A DNA stretch of 32,000 nucleotides from Horticoccus luteus (GCF_019464535.1 NZ_CP080507.1:2700001-2732000); one strand, 5' to 3'; counted from the first letter of the stretch, positions 8,351 through 16,280 are shown. Numbers and translations are program-made. Notes: a model not told the origin generated them from the letters alone.

Positions 8351-9406
8351 ATGAGTTTTGCCTGGCCTCATCTTCTCTGGCTGCTCGCGCTCCCCGTGCT
8401 GCTCTCGGCATGGGATGGCGCCCGCCGCCTCACCCAACGCGCCGCGCCGCGCAAAATCCTCACCGCCGAAGCCGGCCGGCATTCGCTCTCCTTCGACCCG
8501 CGCGCCGCGACTGCGCATCGCCCGCGCCTCTGGCTTTGGTTCGGTCTCGCGTTTGCCATCATCGCCGTCGCACGTCCCCAATGGGGCCGCATCGACGAGC
8601 CCGTCTTCGATCAATCCCGCGAAATCCTCCTCGCCGTCGATCTTTCCCGTTCGATGCTCGCGCAGGATGTGAAGCCCTCGCGCCTCGCCCGCGCGAAACT
8701 GCTCATCCAGTCGCTCCTCGAACGCCTCAAAGGCGAACGCGTCGGGCTCATCGTGTTTTCCGGCACCGCGTTTCTCCAATCGCCGCTTAGCTCCGATTAC
8801 GAAGTGCTCCGCGAATTCCTCCCTTCGCTCGGCCCCGATTTTCTGCCGGAAGGCGGCACCAACTACCGCGAACTCCTCGACACCGCCACCAGCGCCTTCG
8901 GTTCCGGCACATCGGCTGACCGCTTTCTCATCATCCTCAGCGATGGCGAAGCCACCGACGACAATTGGAAATCCGCTGCGCAGGCCTTGAAGGAAAAACA
9001 CGTGCGCGTCATCGGCCTCGGCGTCGGCACCGAAGCGGGCGCCATGATTCCGGACGGCAGCGGCGGCTTCGTGAAAGACGAACGCGGCGCCGTCGTCCTC
9101 TCGCGCCTCGGCAAGTCCACTCTCGAGCAACTCGCGAGAGAAACCGGCGGCGCTTACGCCGACGCCAGCTCATGGGTCAACCTCGGCGATCTCCTCAACC
9201 AAACCGTCGAGGCCGGCCGCAAAGGCAAGTTCGTCGAGAAAAGCAACGTCCGCCTCGTCGAACGTTTCCAGTGGGCCCTCCTTCCGGCCTTCGTCTTTTT
9301 TCTCCTGAGTTTCTGGCGCGAGTTTCCGGTCCGCCCACGTCCCCGCGACCTTCGCCTCAACGCCCCCGCCGCTCCCGGCCCCACTCCCGCTCCGCGCGCG
9401 CCATGA
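8351..9406 (+). CDS. batB: BatB-like membrane-anchored von Willebrand factor A protein
   Basis: MSFAWPHLLWLLALPVLL start. vWA MIDAS LLAVDLSRSM, LIVFSGTAF, IILSDGEATDD, and a C-terminal TM helix LLPAFVFFLLSFW. The stop overlaps the next start (ATGA 9403..9406). Confidence 0.85.
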   Translation: MSFAWPHLLWLLALPVLLSAWDGARRLTQRAAPRKILTAEAGRHSLSFDPRAATAHRPRLWLWFGLAFAIIAVARPQWGRIDEPVFDQSREILLAVDLSRSMLAQDVKPSRLARAKLLIQSLLERLKGERVGLIVFSGTAFLQSPLSSDYEVLREFLPSLGPDFLPEGGTNYRELLDTATSAFGSGTSADRFLIILSDGEATDDNWKSAAQALKEKHVRVIGLGVGTEAGAMIPDGSGGFVKDERGAVVLSRLGKSTLEQLARETGGAYADASSWVNLGDLLNQTVEAGRKGKFVEKSNVRLVERFQWALLPAFVFFLLSFWREFPVRPRPRDLRLNAPAAPGPTPAPRAP

Positions 9407-10272
9407 TCGCTTTTTTTCGCTGCTTCGCCGTTCGTCCGTTGCTCGCTGTTGCCCTCGGCGCGCTCGCGCTCCCCGCCGCGCACGCCGCCGCCGAGATCGC
9501 CAACTCCACGCTCGGCCCGATGGTCGCCCGCCTCGCCGAGAAAACCCAACCCGCCGCGCGCGACTGGTCGGAGTTCGCCCACGAAACCGTGCGCTGGGGC
9601 CAGCGGTTGCAGGCGAGCCAACAACCCGTGCCCGCCGGTCCGGTGCACGACGCCCTCGCCGCCGCCGACCTCGGCGAAAAACTCGACCCCCATGTCGCCG
9701 ACTGGCCCAAGCTGCGCAGCGAATTGCAGAGCCTGCTCGAAAAGCCCGCCGACCAGCAGCCACAGCAGCAGAAAAAGTCCGACCAGCAAAAAGACGACCC
9801 ATCAAAACAGGACCAGCCGCAGCAGAAACAGCCGCCGAAAAACCATTCGCAGAAACCCGAATCCGACGAGGATCGCTCCTCCCCGAATCCGCAGCAGAAC
9901 CAGCCAAAGCAAAACGAGGACCAACCCTCCTCCTCCGACCAGTCGTCCCAGAAAAAATCGTCGCCCGACCAATCGTCGCCCGCCGACGCCGCGAAGTCCG
10001 ACGAAAAGAAAAACGCCGGAAAGAAGGGCCAGTCCGCGTTTGGCGATCTGCAGCAACCGCCCCCGTCGCTCGACCAGCACCCAGGCGACACGCAGACCGT
10101 CGGCGGCGCCCGTGAAAACAAGGAGGAGGCCAAAACGCCATCCGATCCCGCGCTCGCGATCCCGTTGCAAAAACTCGACCAACTCCGCAGCCAGGATTCG
10201 CCCGTTCGGCTGTTTCAACTGATGGAGGGCGACAATAAATCCGCGCCCGCCAAAACAGGTAAAAACTGGTGA
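9403..10272 (+). CDS. secreted low-complexity (Gln/Pro/Lys/Asp/Ser-rich) protein in the BatC position of the operon
   Basis: Signal peptide MIAFFRCFAVRPLLAVALGALALPAAHAAAE. A helical N-terminal part is followed by about 90 aa of QQPQQQKKSDQQKDDPSKQDQPQQKQPPKN...-type sequence. Both ends are coupled (ATGA at 9403, GTGA at 10269). I see no TPR by eye. Confidence 0.7.
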   Translation: MIAFFRCFAVRPLLAVALGALALPAAHAAAEIANSTLGPMVARLAEKTQPAARDWSEFAHETVRWGQRLQASQQPVPAGPVHDALAAADLGEKLDPHVADWPKLRSELQSLLEKPADQQPQQQKKSDQQKDDPSKQDQPQQKQPPKNHSQKPESDEDRSSPNPQQNQPKQNEDQPSSSDQSSQKKSSPDQSSPADAAKSDEKKNAGKKGQSAFGDLQQPPPSLDQHPGDTQTVGGARENKEEAKTPSDPALAIPLQKLDQLRSQDSPVRLFQLMEGDNKSAPAKTGKNW

Positions 10273-12752
10273 TTCGCATGCGCCTCGCCCGACTTCCGTT
10301 CCTCCTCTTCGTCTTCGCGCTCACGCTCACCGCGTTTGCCCAAACCGTGCGCTGGGAGCCCGGCGACTCCGGCGATCCCGCCGACCTGCAGCTCGTGTTT
10401 TCGGACTGCGAACCGACCGGCCGTCCCGACCTGCCCGTCGTCGCCGGCGTTACGTTCAACCTCGCCGGCACCGGCACGCGCACCGAGATGAACAACTTCT
10501 CGTTCACGCGTTTCACCATCTTCAACTACCGCGTCAACGCCCGCCAGGCCGGTCCGCTCCAGATTCCGGCGTTCGACGTGAAGACGAACAAGGGCACGCT
10601 GCGCGTCGCCGCTTACGACGCCACCCTCACCGCCTCCACCGACGTCTCCTCGCTCGCGCACGCCACGCTTGAGCCCGCCGCCGCCAATCCATGGGCCGGC
10701 CAGATTTTCTCGCTCACCTACACGCTCACCGTGCCGCGTCGGAATCTCAATCAAGTCACATCCAACGTGGCGTGGAACGCCGCCCCGCTCGTCGCCGAAG
10801 ATTGGGCCAACCCCCAACCCGCCGAGTCCATCGCCGACGGCGAACGCCAATACGTCCTCACGTATCACACGCGCGCCTACGCCAAAACCGCCGGCCGCGT
10901 CACGCTCGAAGCCACCGCGCAAAACGTCAATTTCCAGACCGGCAGCGTCGGTTTCGGCCTCTTCCAATCCCCGCGCATCGAGCAGGCGACCGTCGCTTCC
11001 AATCGCCCCGAAATTTCCGTCCGCCCCCTGCCGCAACCCGCCCCCGCCGGATTCGCCGGCGCCGTCGGCCAGTTCAAACTCACCTCCAAAGTCGTCCCCG
11101 CCAAAGCCGCTGTCGGCGAACCCGTGACGTGGACGCTGGAGCTCTCCGGCACCGGCAACTGGCCCGACATCGCCGGTCTCCCGTCGCGCGAAGTTTCGAA
11201 GGATTTTCAGGTCGTCCAACCGCAGGCCAAACGCGTGCCCGCCGAGGGCAAACTCTTCGATTCCACGTTGACCGAAGACGTCGTCCTCGTCCCCACCAAG
11301 CCCGGCACCTACGCGCTCGCGCCGATCTCCTTCGTGTATTTCGACCCGCAAGCCGGCACCTATAAAACGCTCACGCCCGCCGGCGCCACCGTCACCATCA
11401 CGGCCGCCAACGCGCCCAAATTCAACGTCACGCCCGGCGCCGCTACGCCAAACCCCGCGACCACCGAAACCGCCGTCGCGCCGCCCGCGAAACTTCCCGT
11501 CTCGCCCGAACTGCCGACCGGCCTTCCGCTCGACGACCTCTCCGGCACCGCCACCGTCACGCCACCGTGGACGTGGGCTACCTTGCGTTGGCTGCTCGCG
11601 CTCCCACTCGTCCTGCTCCCGCTCGCGTGGTTCACCTTCGCCGCCCAACGCGCCTGGCGCCGCGATCCGCACCGTCCGCGCCGCGCCGCGCTCGTCCGCC
11701 TCCGCGCCCTGCTCGCGCAACTCCGCGCCACCACCGATCCCGTCCAACAGCGCCCGCTCCTTCGCGCCTGGCAAACCGAAGTCGCCGCCGTCTGGCCTCT
11801 CGCCTCCGCCGCGCCCCGCGCCGATACGCTCGCCGACGCGCCCTGGCAAACGCTCTGGACCGAGGCTGACCACGTGCTTTATGGCCCCGACGGCAGCGCG
11901 CTGCCCGGCGATTGGATCGCCCGCGCCGAAACCGCCGCCGCCGCGAAACGCGTTCCCGGCTTCGCCCTTTTCCGCGCGTTCCGTCACCTCGTGCCCGCGC
12001 TCGCGGTGCTCGCGCTTTTCCTCGCCGGTCCGCGCCCCGCGCACGCCGATGAAGCCACCACCGCCTACCGCAACGGCGATTTCTCCGGTGCCGAAACCCT
12101 CTGGCGCGCCACCGTCGAAAAACAGCCTACCGACTGGATCGCGCGCTACAATCTCTCCCTCGCCCTCGCGCAGCAGGACCGCTGGCAGGAAGCCGTCGCG
12201 CACGCCACCGCCGCGCTGCTTCAAAATCCTTCGTCGCCCGCTGTCCGCTGGCAATTCGCCCTCGCGTGCGACAAAGCCGGCTACACCCCCGCGGGGCTCT
12301 CGCCATTCATCAACGCCGGCACCAAGCACCGCATCGCCCGCCTCGCCTCTTCCGCCGTCTGGCAACGTGTGCTCCTCGCCGGCGAACTGCTCATCATCCT
12401 CGCCGCGATTCTCGCGCTCGCCCGCGCTTACGGTTTCCTTTCTCGCCGCGCGTGGGCGATCGCACCCTGGCTCGCGGTCGTCGCCGGCCTCGTCCTCGGC
12501 GTCGCCGCGATCAGCAGCGTGCGCGGTTACGGCGACGCCGGCAACCCTCACGCCGTCCTCGTCTGGCGCAACACCACGCTCCGCTCGATCCCGACGGAAG
12601 CCGACGCTGCGCAAAAAACCATCGCGCTTCCCGCCGGCTCCTTCGCCGTGATCAACAAAACCTTTCTCGCCGATCATTGGGTCCGCCTCGCGTTTTCCAA
12701 CGGCCAGACCGGCTGGGTCCGCCGCGAGGAAGTCGTCGCCCTCTGGCAGTAG
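10269..12752 (+). CDS. batD: BatD-like oxygen-tolerance protein fused to a BatE-like TPR + TM + SH3-like C-terminal region
   Basis: Signal peptide LARLPFLLFVFALTLTAFAQ. BatD hallmarks: PLQIPAFDVKTNKG, FAGAVGQFKLTSKVVPAKAAVGEPVTWTLELSGTGNWPDI, PGTYALAPISFVYFDPQAGTYKTL, then TM helix WLLALPLVLLPLAWF. The C-terminal third has TPR-like AYRNGDFSGAETLWRATVEKQPTDWIARYNLSLALAQQDRWQEA, two TM helices and an SH3-like tail WVRLAFSNGQTGWVRREEV. Start is GTG 10269 or ATG 10278. Confidence 0.8.
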   Translation: MIRMRLARLPFLLFVFALTLTAFAQTVRWEPGDSGDPADLQLVFSDCEPTGRPDLPVVAGVTFNLAGTGTRTEMNNFSFTRFTIFNYRVNARQAGPLQIPAFDVKTNKGTLRVAAYDATLTASTDVSSLAHATLEPAAANPWAGQIFSLTYTLTVPRRNLNQVTSNVAWNAAPLVAEDWANPQPAESIADGERQYVLTYHTRAYAKTAGRVTLEATAQNVNFQTGSVGFGLFQSPRIEQATVASNRPEISVRPLPQPAPAGFAGAVGQFKLTSKVVPAKAAVGEPVTWTLELSGTGNWPDIAGLPSREVSKDFQVVQPQAKRVPAEGKLFDSTLTEDVVLVPTKPGTYALAPISFVYFDPQAGTYKTLTPAGATVTITAANAPKFNVTPGAATPNPATTETAVAPPAKLPVSPELPTGLPLDDLSGTATVTPPWTWATLRWLLALPLVLLPLAWFTFAAQRAWRRDPHRPRRAALVRLRALLAQLRATTDPVQQRPLLRAWQTEVAAVWPLASAAPRADTLADAPWQTLWTEADHVLYGPDGSALPGDWIARAETAAAAKRVPGFALFRAFRHLVPALAVLALFLAGPRPAHADEATTAYRNGDFSGAETLWRATVEKQPTDWIARYNLSLALAQQDRWQEAVAHATAALLQNPSSPAVRWQFALACDKAGYTPAGLSPFINAGTKHRIARLASSAVWQRVLLAGELLIILAAILALARAYGFLSRRAWAIAPWLAVVAGLVLGVAAISSVRGYGDAGNPHAVLVWRNTTLRSIPTEADAAQKTIALPAGSFAVINKTFLADHWVRLAFSNGQTGWVRREEVVALWQ

Positions 12753-12795
12753 TTCCGTCGCGGCATCGGCTTGCGGTGACCGCGGAGTTCCTCCC

Positions 12796-12815
12796 GCGTC
12801 GGCGACGCATTTTTC
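12796..12815 (+). terminator. weak candidate intrinsic terminator of the Bat operon
   Basis: GCGTC-GGC-GACGC short GC hairpin (palindrome GCGTCGGCGACGC) followed by ATTTTT, 44 nt after the batD stop. Confidence 0.35.
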
Positions 12816-12818
12816 GCG

Positions 12819-12859
12819 GGCGTAGAACTACGCCTTCCCGAGCGAAAATTCACCCATAG
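12819..12859 (+). promoter_or_regulatory. conserved upstream element, copy 1 (GGCGTAG-AA-CTACGCC inverted repeat, then N16, then CACCCATAG)
   Basis: CTACGCC (12828..12834), 16 nt, then CACCCATAG (12851..12859). About 25 of 32 positions match copy 2 at 19415..19446 by hand alignment. It lies 158 nt upstream of the PATR gene ATG at 13018. Confidence 0.45.
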
Positions 12860-13017
12860 CCGGAGGCAGACGTTTCCCGTTACCATCCCGCTTGCCGCGC
12901 CGCGCGCGATGTCCGCGTTTTGTTCACTGAGCACCACCTTTCCCAACAACCACTGATTTCGGCCACCACCCCAAAACCGATCCGTCTCACCCCCTCCCTT
13001 TTTTTTAACGAACCGTC

Positions 13018-16000
13018 ATGCTTCCTCCCTCCCTCCTCCGCCTCGCCCGTGCCGCCGCTCCTCTTCGCGCGATTGCACTGCTCACCGGTCTTGCCGGTCT
13101 CGCCGCCGCCGTTCACGCCACGCCGCTGAACTGGGCCGGCACCGGCTACAGCCTGAGCCCCGCCGCGAATTGGACCGAAGCGACCGCGCCCTCCGCCTCC
13201 TCGGATTTGGTGATCACGAAAAACGGCACCACCAGCGGCGGCAGCGGCACCTCGAACTTCCTGATGGGCGGCAACCTCACGATCCGCTCCATCACGTTCA
13301 ACAACGCCTCCGCCCAGTTCAACGCCTCCAATGGCGCCCGCGTCATCACGACCAACAGCTCAAGTTCCAGCGCGAGTTACACGCTTTCGTTCGCGACCCC
13401 CGGCGTTGATATCATCACGCTCACCAACAACACCAACGCCTCCTTCCGCAGCGCCAGCCTCAGTGGCAACAGCAGCGCCGACCCGCAGCCAGCTCTGTCG
13501 ATCGACCTCAATTACTCCGGCACCGCCAACCTCAACATTCAGGATACCTCCATCCTGCTCGTCAGCGCCGGTTCCTACAACACCACGGAAGCCAGACTCT
13601 CCGGCACCGGCGGTCTCGTGAAAATCGGCACCGGCTCCCTCACGCTCTCCGGCAACCACACCTACGCCGGTGGCTTCACCCTCCAAGACGGCACGGTCAC
13701 CGTCACGACCTCCGGCACCGTCACCGCCAATACCATCACCAATTCGCCGTTCGGCACCGGCGCCCTCACCATCCGAGGCGGCACGCTGATCGCCTCCAGC
13801 AACACCAGCCGCTCGGTTTATGGCTCCGTCAACCTCGACGGCGTGGCCACGATCACCTCCACCTCCAACGGCACCGCCGGCAACTACACGATCAGCTCGC
13901 TCGCCAACGGCGCCACGACGTTGTTGAGCAACTCCACCATCGTCGTCCCCGGCCCGGCCTACGACACCGCCAACGCCACCAACGTCGGCGGCCAGGTCAC
14001 GTGGAATCAGGCCATCTCCGGCGATTTCAGCCTCACCAAAATGGGCGCCGGCACGCTCGTCCTCAACACCAACAGCCCCTTCGCCGGCGGACTCGCCGTC
14101 AAGGAGGGCCTTCTCCGCGTCGATTCCACCGCCAACCTCGGCAAACTCCCCAGCACCGAAAACCCCGACGCCGTGGTGTTCGACGGCGGCTCGTTCGAAG
14201 TCACCGGCAGCAGTTTCTCCTCGCCCAATCGCGGCTTCCGCATCGCTCCCGCCACGAGCTTCACCGTCGACGACGGCATTTCGCTTCGCATCCAAGGCTC
14301 CATCCGCGACGTCGCCGGAAAATCCGGCCGCCTGATCAAGGCCGGCCCCGGCGTTCTCGCTCTCGAACCTGCCGCGGGCATGGTCTACACCTACTCCGGC
14401 GGCACGCAGGTGGATGCCGGCACTCTCCAACTCATGGCCGCCACGCTCGGCGCGAGCGGCAGCCCCGGCGTCACGTTTGCCGATGGCACCTCGCTCGAAG
14501 GTAACGGCACCCTCGTCGGCGACGTTGTCCTCTCCGCAACGACCCGCGTGAGCCCCGCCACCTACGGCGACATCAATCCGCCCAACAACACCCTCGGCGT
14601 CACCGGCGTCGGCACGATCACCGTCAACGGCAACCTCGCTCTCTCCGCTGTCGCCGCCACCCCCGGCTCCCTCGCGTTCGACCTCGACGCTCCCGGCACC
14701 AACGACGCCCTCGCCGTCACCGGCGGCACGCTCTCCCTCGGCAACGCCGTGTTCGGATGGCCCAGCTTTGCGTTCACCACCACGGGCAGTTTTGCGGAAG
14801 GTCGCTACACGCTCTTGACCAGCGATAGTCCGATGACCGGCTCCCTCGCGGCCTCTGTGACCGGCGATATCGGCACGCTCAAAGGCACCGTCCTCCTCAG
14901 CCACGATCGCACCAAACTCTTCCTCGTGGTCGACACCGCCGGCTCGTTCGCCGGCCCGGACATCACCACGCAGCCCGCCAGCCTCGGTGTCGTCGTCGGC
15001 TCGCCCGTCACGCTCACCGTCGCCGCCAACGGCTCCCAACTCACCTATCAATGGAAAAAAGATGGCGTCGATTTGCCCGGTGAAACAAAGGCCACGCTGT
15101 CCCTCGCCGCCGCCGGTTTTGGCGATGCCGGGGACTACGTCGTGACGGTGGCCAACACCGCCGAATCGCTCGTCAGCCAGTCCGCCACGCTTGCTGTCAC
15201 CGCCGCGATGGTCGCGCCATCCATTACCACGAACCCCGTCGCCACCAGCGCCAACATCGGCCACAGCGTCACCTTCTCCGTCAGCGCCAGCGGCACCGCT
15301 CCGTTCACTTATCAATGGTCCAAAGACGGCGTCGCCATCGCGGGTGCGACCGAAGCGACATTCACCATCGCGAGCCCCACGGCCAGCGACGCCGGTGGTT
15401 ACACCGTCGCCGTCACCAACGCCTCCGGCACCGCGATTAGCGCCGCCGGCACGCTCACCATCAATCCCGGCGCCTACCTCTCCAATCTTTCTGTCCGCGC
15501 CGCCATGAACGAAGGCCAGACGCTCATCGTCGGCTTCGTCATCGCCGGTGGCGCCAAGCCCATCCTCGTGCGCGCCGCGGGTCCCGCCCTCAACGCGTTC
15601 GGCCTCACCGGGCTGCCCGATCCGCGCCTCGCCCTCTACGACGAACACAGCACCAACGTCGGCGCCAACGACGACTGGGACGGCGCGCTCGCGCCTCTCT
15701 TCAGCCAGCTCGGCGCCTTCGGATTCGCGCCCGGCAGCAAAGACGCCGCGCTCCAGCAAACCATCAACGGCCCGCACACCGCCCAAGCCACCGGTCTGGG
15801 CAACGGCACCATCCTCGTCGAAGGCTACGACGCCGGGGCCAACGACGGCCGCAAACTCGTCAACCTCTCCGCGCGTTATCACGTCGGCACCGGCGCCGAC
15901 GTCCTCATCGTCGGCTTCGTCGTCAACGGTTCCGGCACCAAGGATGTCCTCATCCGCGCCGTCGGCCCGACCCTTGCCAGCTTCGGTGTCACCGGCACCC

Positions 16001-16242
16001 TCGGCGATCCCAAGCTCGATGTGTATGACGACGCCGGCCACGTCGTCGCGAGCAACGACAACTGGAATGCGAACCTCGCCGGTATCTCCGCCACCCTCGG
16101 CGCCTTCCCGCTCAACCCCGCCAGCAACGACGCCGCCATCCTCGTCACCGTCGAAGCCGGCAAGACCTACACCGCGCAAATCTCCGGCGTGAACAACGGC
16201 ACCGGTGAAGCCCTCGTCGAAGTCTACGACGCCAACCCGTAA
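13018..16242 (+). CDS. secreted PATR (autotransporter-associated beta-strand repeat) protein with 2 Ig-like domains and a tandem C-terminal module; no PEP-CTERM
   Basis: Signal peptide ...LLTGLAGLAAAVHA, then TPLNWAG. PATR repeats (GTGGLVKIGTGSLTLSGNHTYAGGFTLQDGTVTV, LTKMGAGTLVLNTNSPFAGGLAVKEGLLRV, LIKAGPGVLALE..YSGGTQVDAGTLQL). Two Ig-like domains carry YQW(K/S)KDG. Two copies of a ~125-aa module follow (NLSVRA..LIVGFV..ILVRAAGPAL..DP.L.LYD..NDDW). Confidence 0.9.
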   Translation: MLPPSLLRLARAAAPLRAIALLTGLAGLAAAVHATPLNWAGTGYSLSPAANWTEATAPSASSDLVITKNGTTSGGSGTSNFLMGGNLTIRSITFNNASAQFNASNGARVITTNSSSSSASYTLSFATPGVDIITLTNNTNASFRSASLSGNSSADPQPALSIDLNYSGTANLNIQDTSILLVSAGSYNTTEARLSGTGGLVKIGTGSLTLSGNHTYAGGFTLQDGTVTVTTSGTVTANTITNSPFGTGALTIRGGTLIASSNTSRSVYGSVNLDGVATITSTSNGTAGNYTISSLANGATTLLSNSTIVVPGPAYDTANATNVGGQVTWNQAISGDFSLTKMGAGTLVLNTNSPFAGGLAVKEGLLRVDSTANLGKLPSTENPDAVVFDGGSFEVTGSSFSSPNRGFRIAPATSFTVDDGISLRIQGSIRDVAGKSGRLIKAGPGVLALEPAAGMVYTYSGGTQVDAGTLQLMAATLGASGSPGVTFADGTSLEGNGTLVGDVVLSATTRVSPATYGDINPPNNTLGVTGVGTITVNGNLALSAVAATPGSLAFDLDAPGTNDALAVTGGTLSLGNAVFGWPSFAFTTTGSFAEGRYTLLTSDSPMTGSLAASVTGDIGTLKGTVLLSHDRTKLFLVVDTAGSFAGPDITTQPASLGVVVGSPVTLTVAANGSQLTYQWKKDGVDLPGETKATLSLAAAGFGDAGDYVVTVANTAESLVSQSATLAVTAAMVAPSITTNPVATSANIGHSVTFSVSASGTAPFTYQWSKDGVAIAGATEATFTIASPTASDAGGYTVAVTNASGTAISAAGTLTINPGAYLSNLSVRAAMNEGQTLIVGFVIAGGAKPILVRAAGPALNAFGLTGLPDPRLALYDEHSTNVGANDDWDGALAPLFSQLGAFGFAPGSKDAALQQTINGPHTAQATGLGNGTILVEGYDAGANDGRKLVNLSARYHVGTGADVLIVGFVVNGSGTKDVLIRAVGPTLASFGVTGTLGDPKLDVYDDAGHVVASNDNWNANLAGISATLGAFPLNPASNDAAILVTVEAGKTYTAQISGVNNGTGEALVEVYDANP
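14953..15468 (+). repeat. 2 tandem Ig-like (I-set-like) domain repeats inside the CDS
   Basis: ITTQPASLGVVVGSPVTLTVAANGSQLTYQWKKDGVDLPGETKATLSLAAAGFGDAGDYVVTVAN and ITTNPVATSANIGHSVTFSVSASGTAPFTYQWSKDGVAIAGATEATFTIASPTASDAGGYTVAVTN. Confidence 0.75.
15469..16239 (+). repeat. tandem duplication of an uncharacterised ~125-aa C-terminal module (copy set 1)
   Basis: Unit 1 YLSNLSVRAAMNEGQTLIVGFVIAGGAKPILVRAAGPALNAFGL..DPRLALYD..NDDWDG..LGAFGF..SKDAAL..ILVEGYD. Unit 2 LVNLSARYHVGTGADVLIVGFVVNGSGTKDVLIRAVGPTLASFGV..DPKLDVYD..NDNWN..LGAFPL..SNDAAILV..EALVEVYDANP. Confidence 0.7.
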
Positions 16243-16280
16243 GTAAACCCCGCCCGCGTCCGTCGCGTTTCCACTTCTCA

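Noticed and set aside
10215-12677. 820-aa minus-strand ORF opposite batD; similar cases at 5165..7159, 22014..24008, 7417..8352, 8120..9130, 2844..3929, 19770..20702 and 25110..26123
   Set aside because: All are antisense to CDSs with clear family motifs (MoxR, DUF58, vWA, BatD, PATR, RmuC, FGase-like). They translate to Gly/Arg/Ala/Glu-rich junk without signal peptides or motifs.
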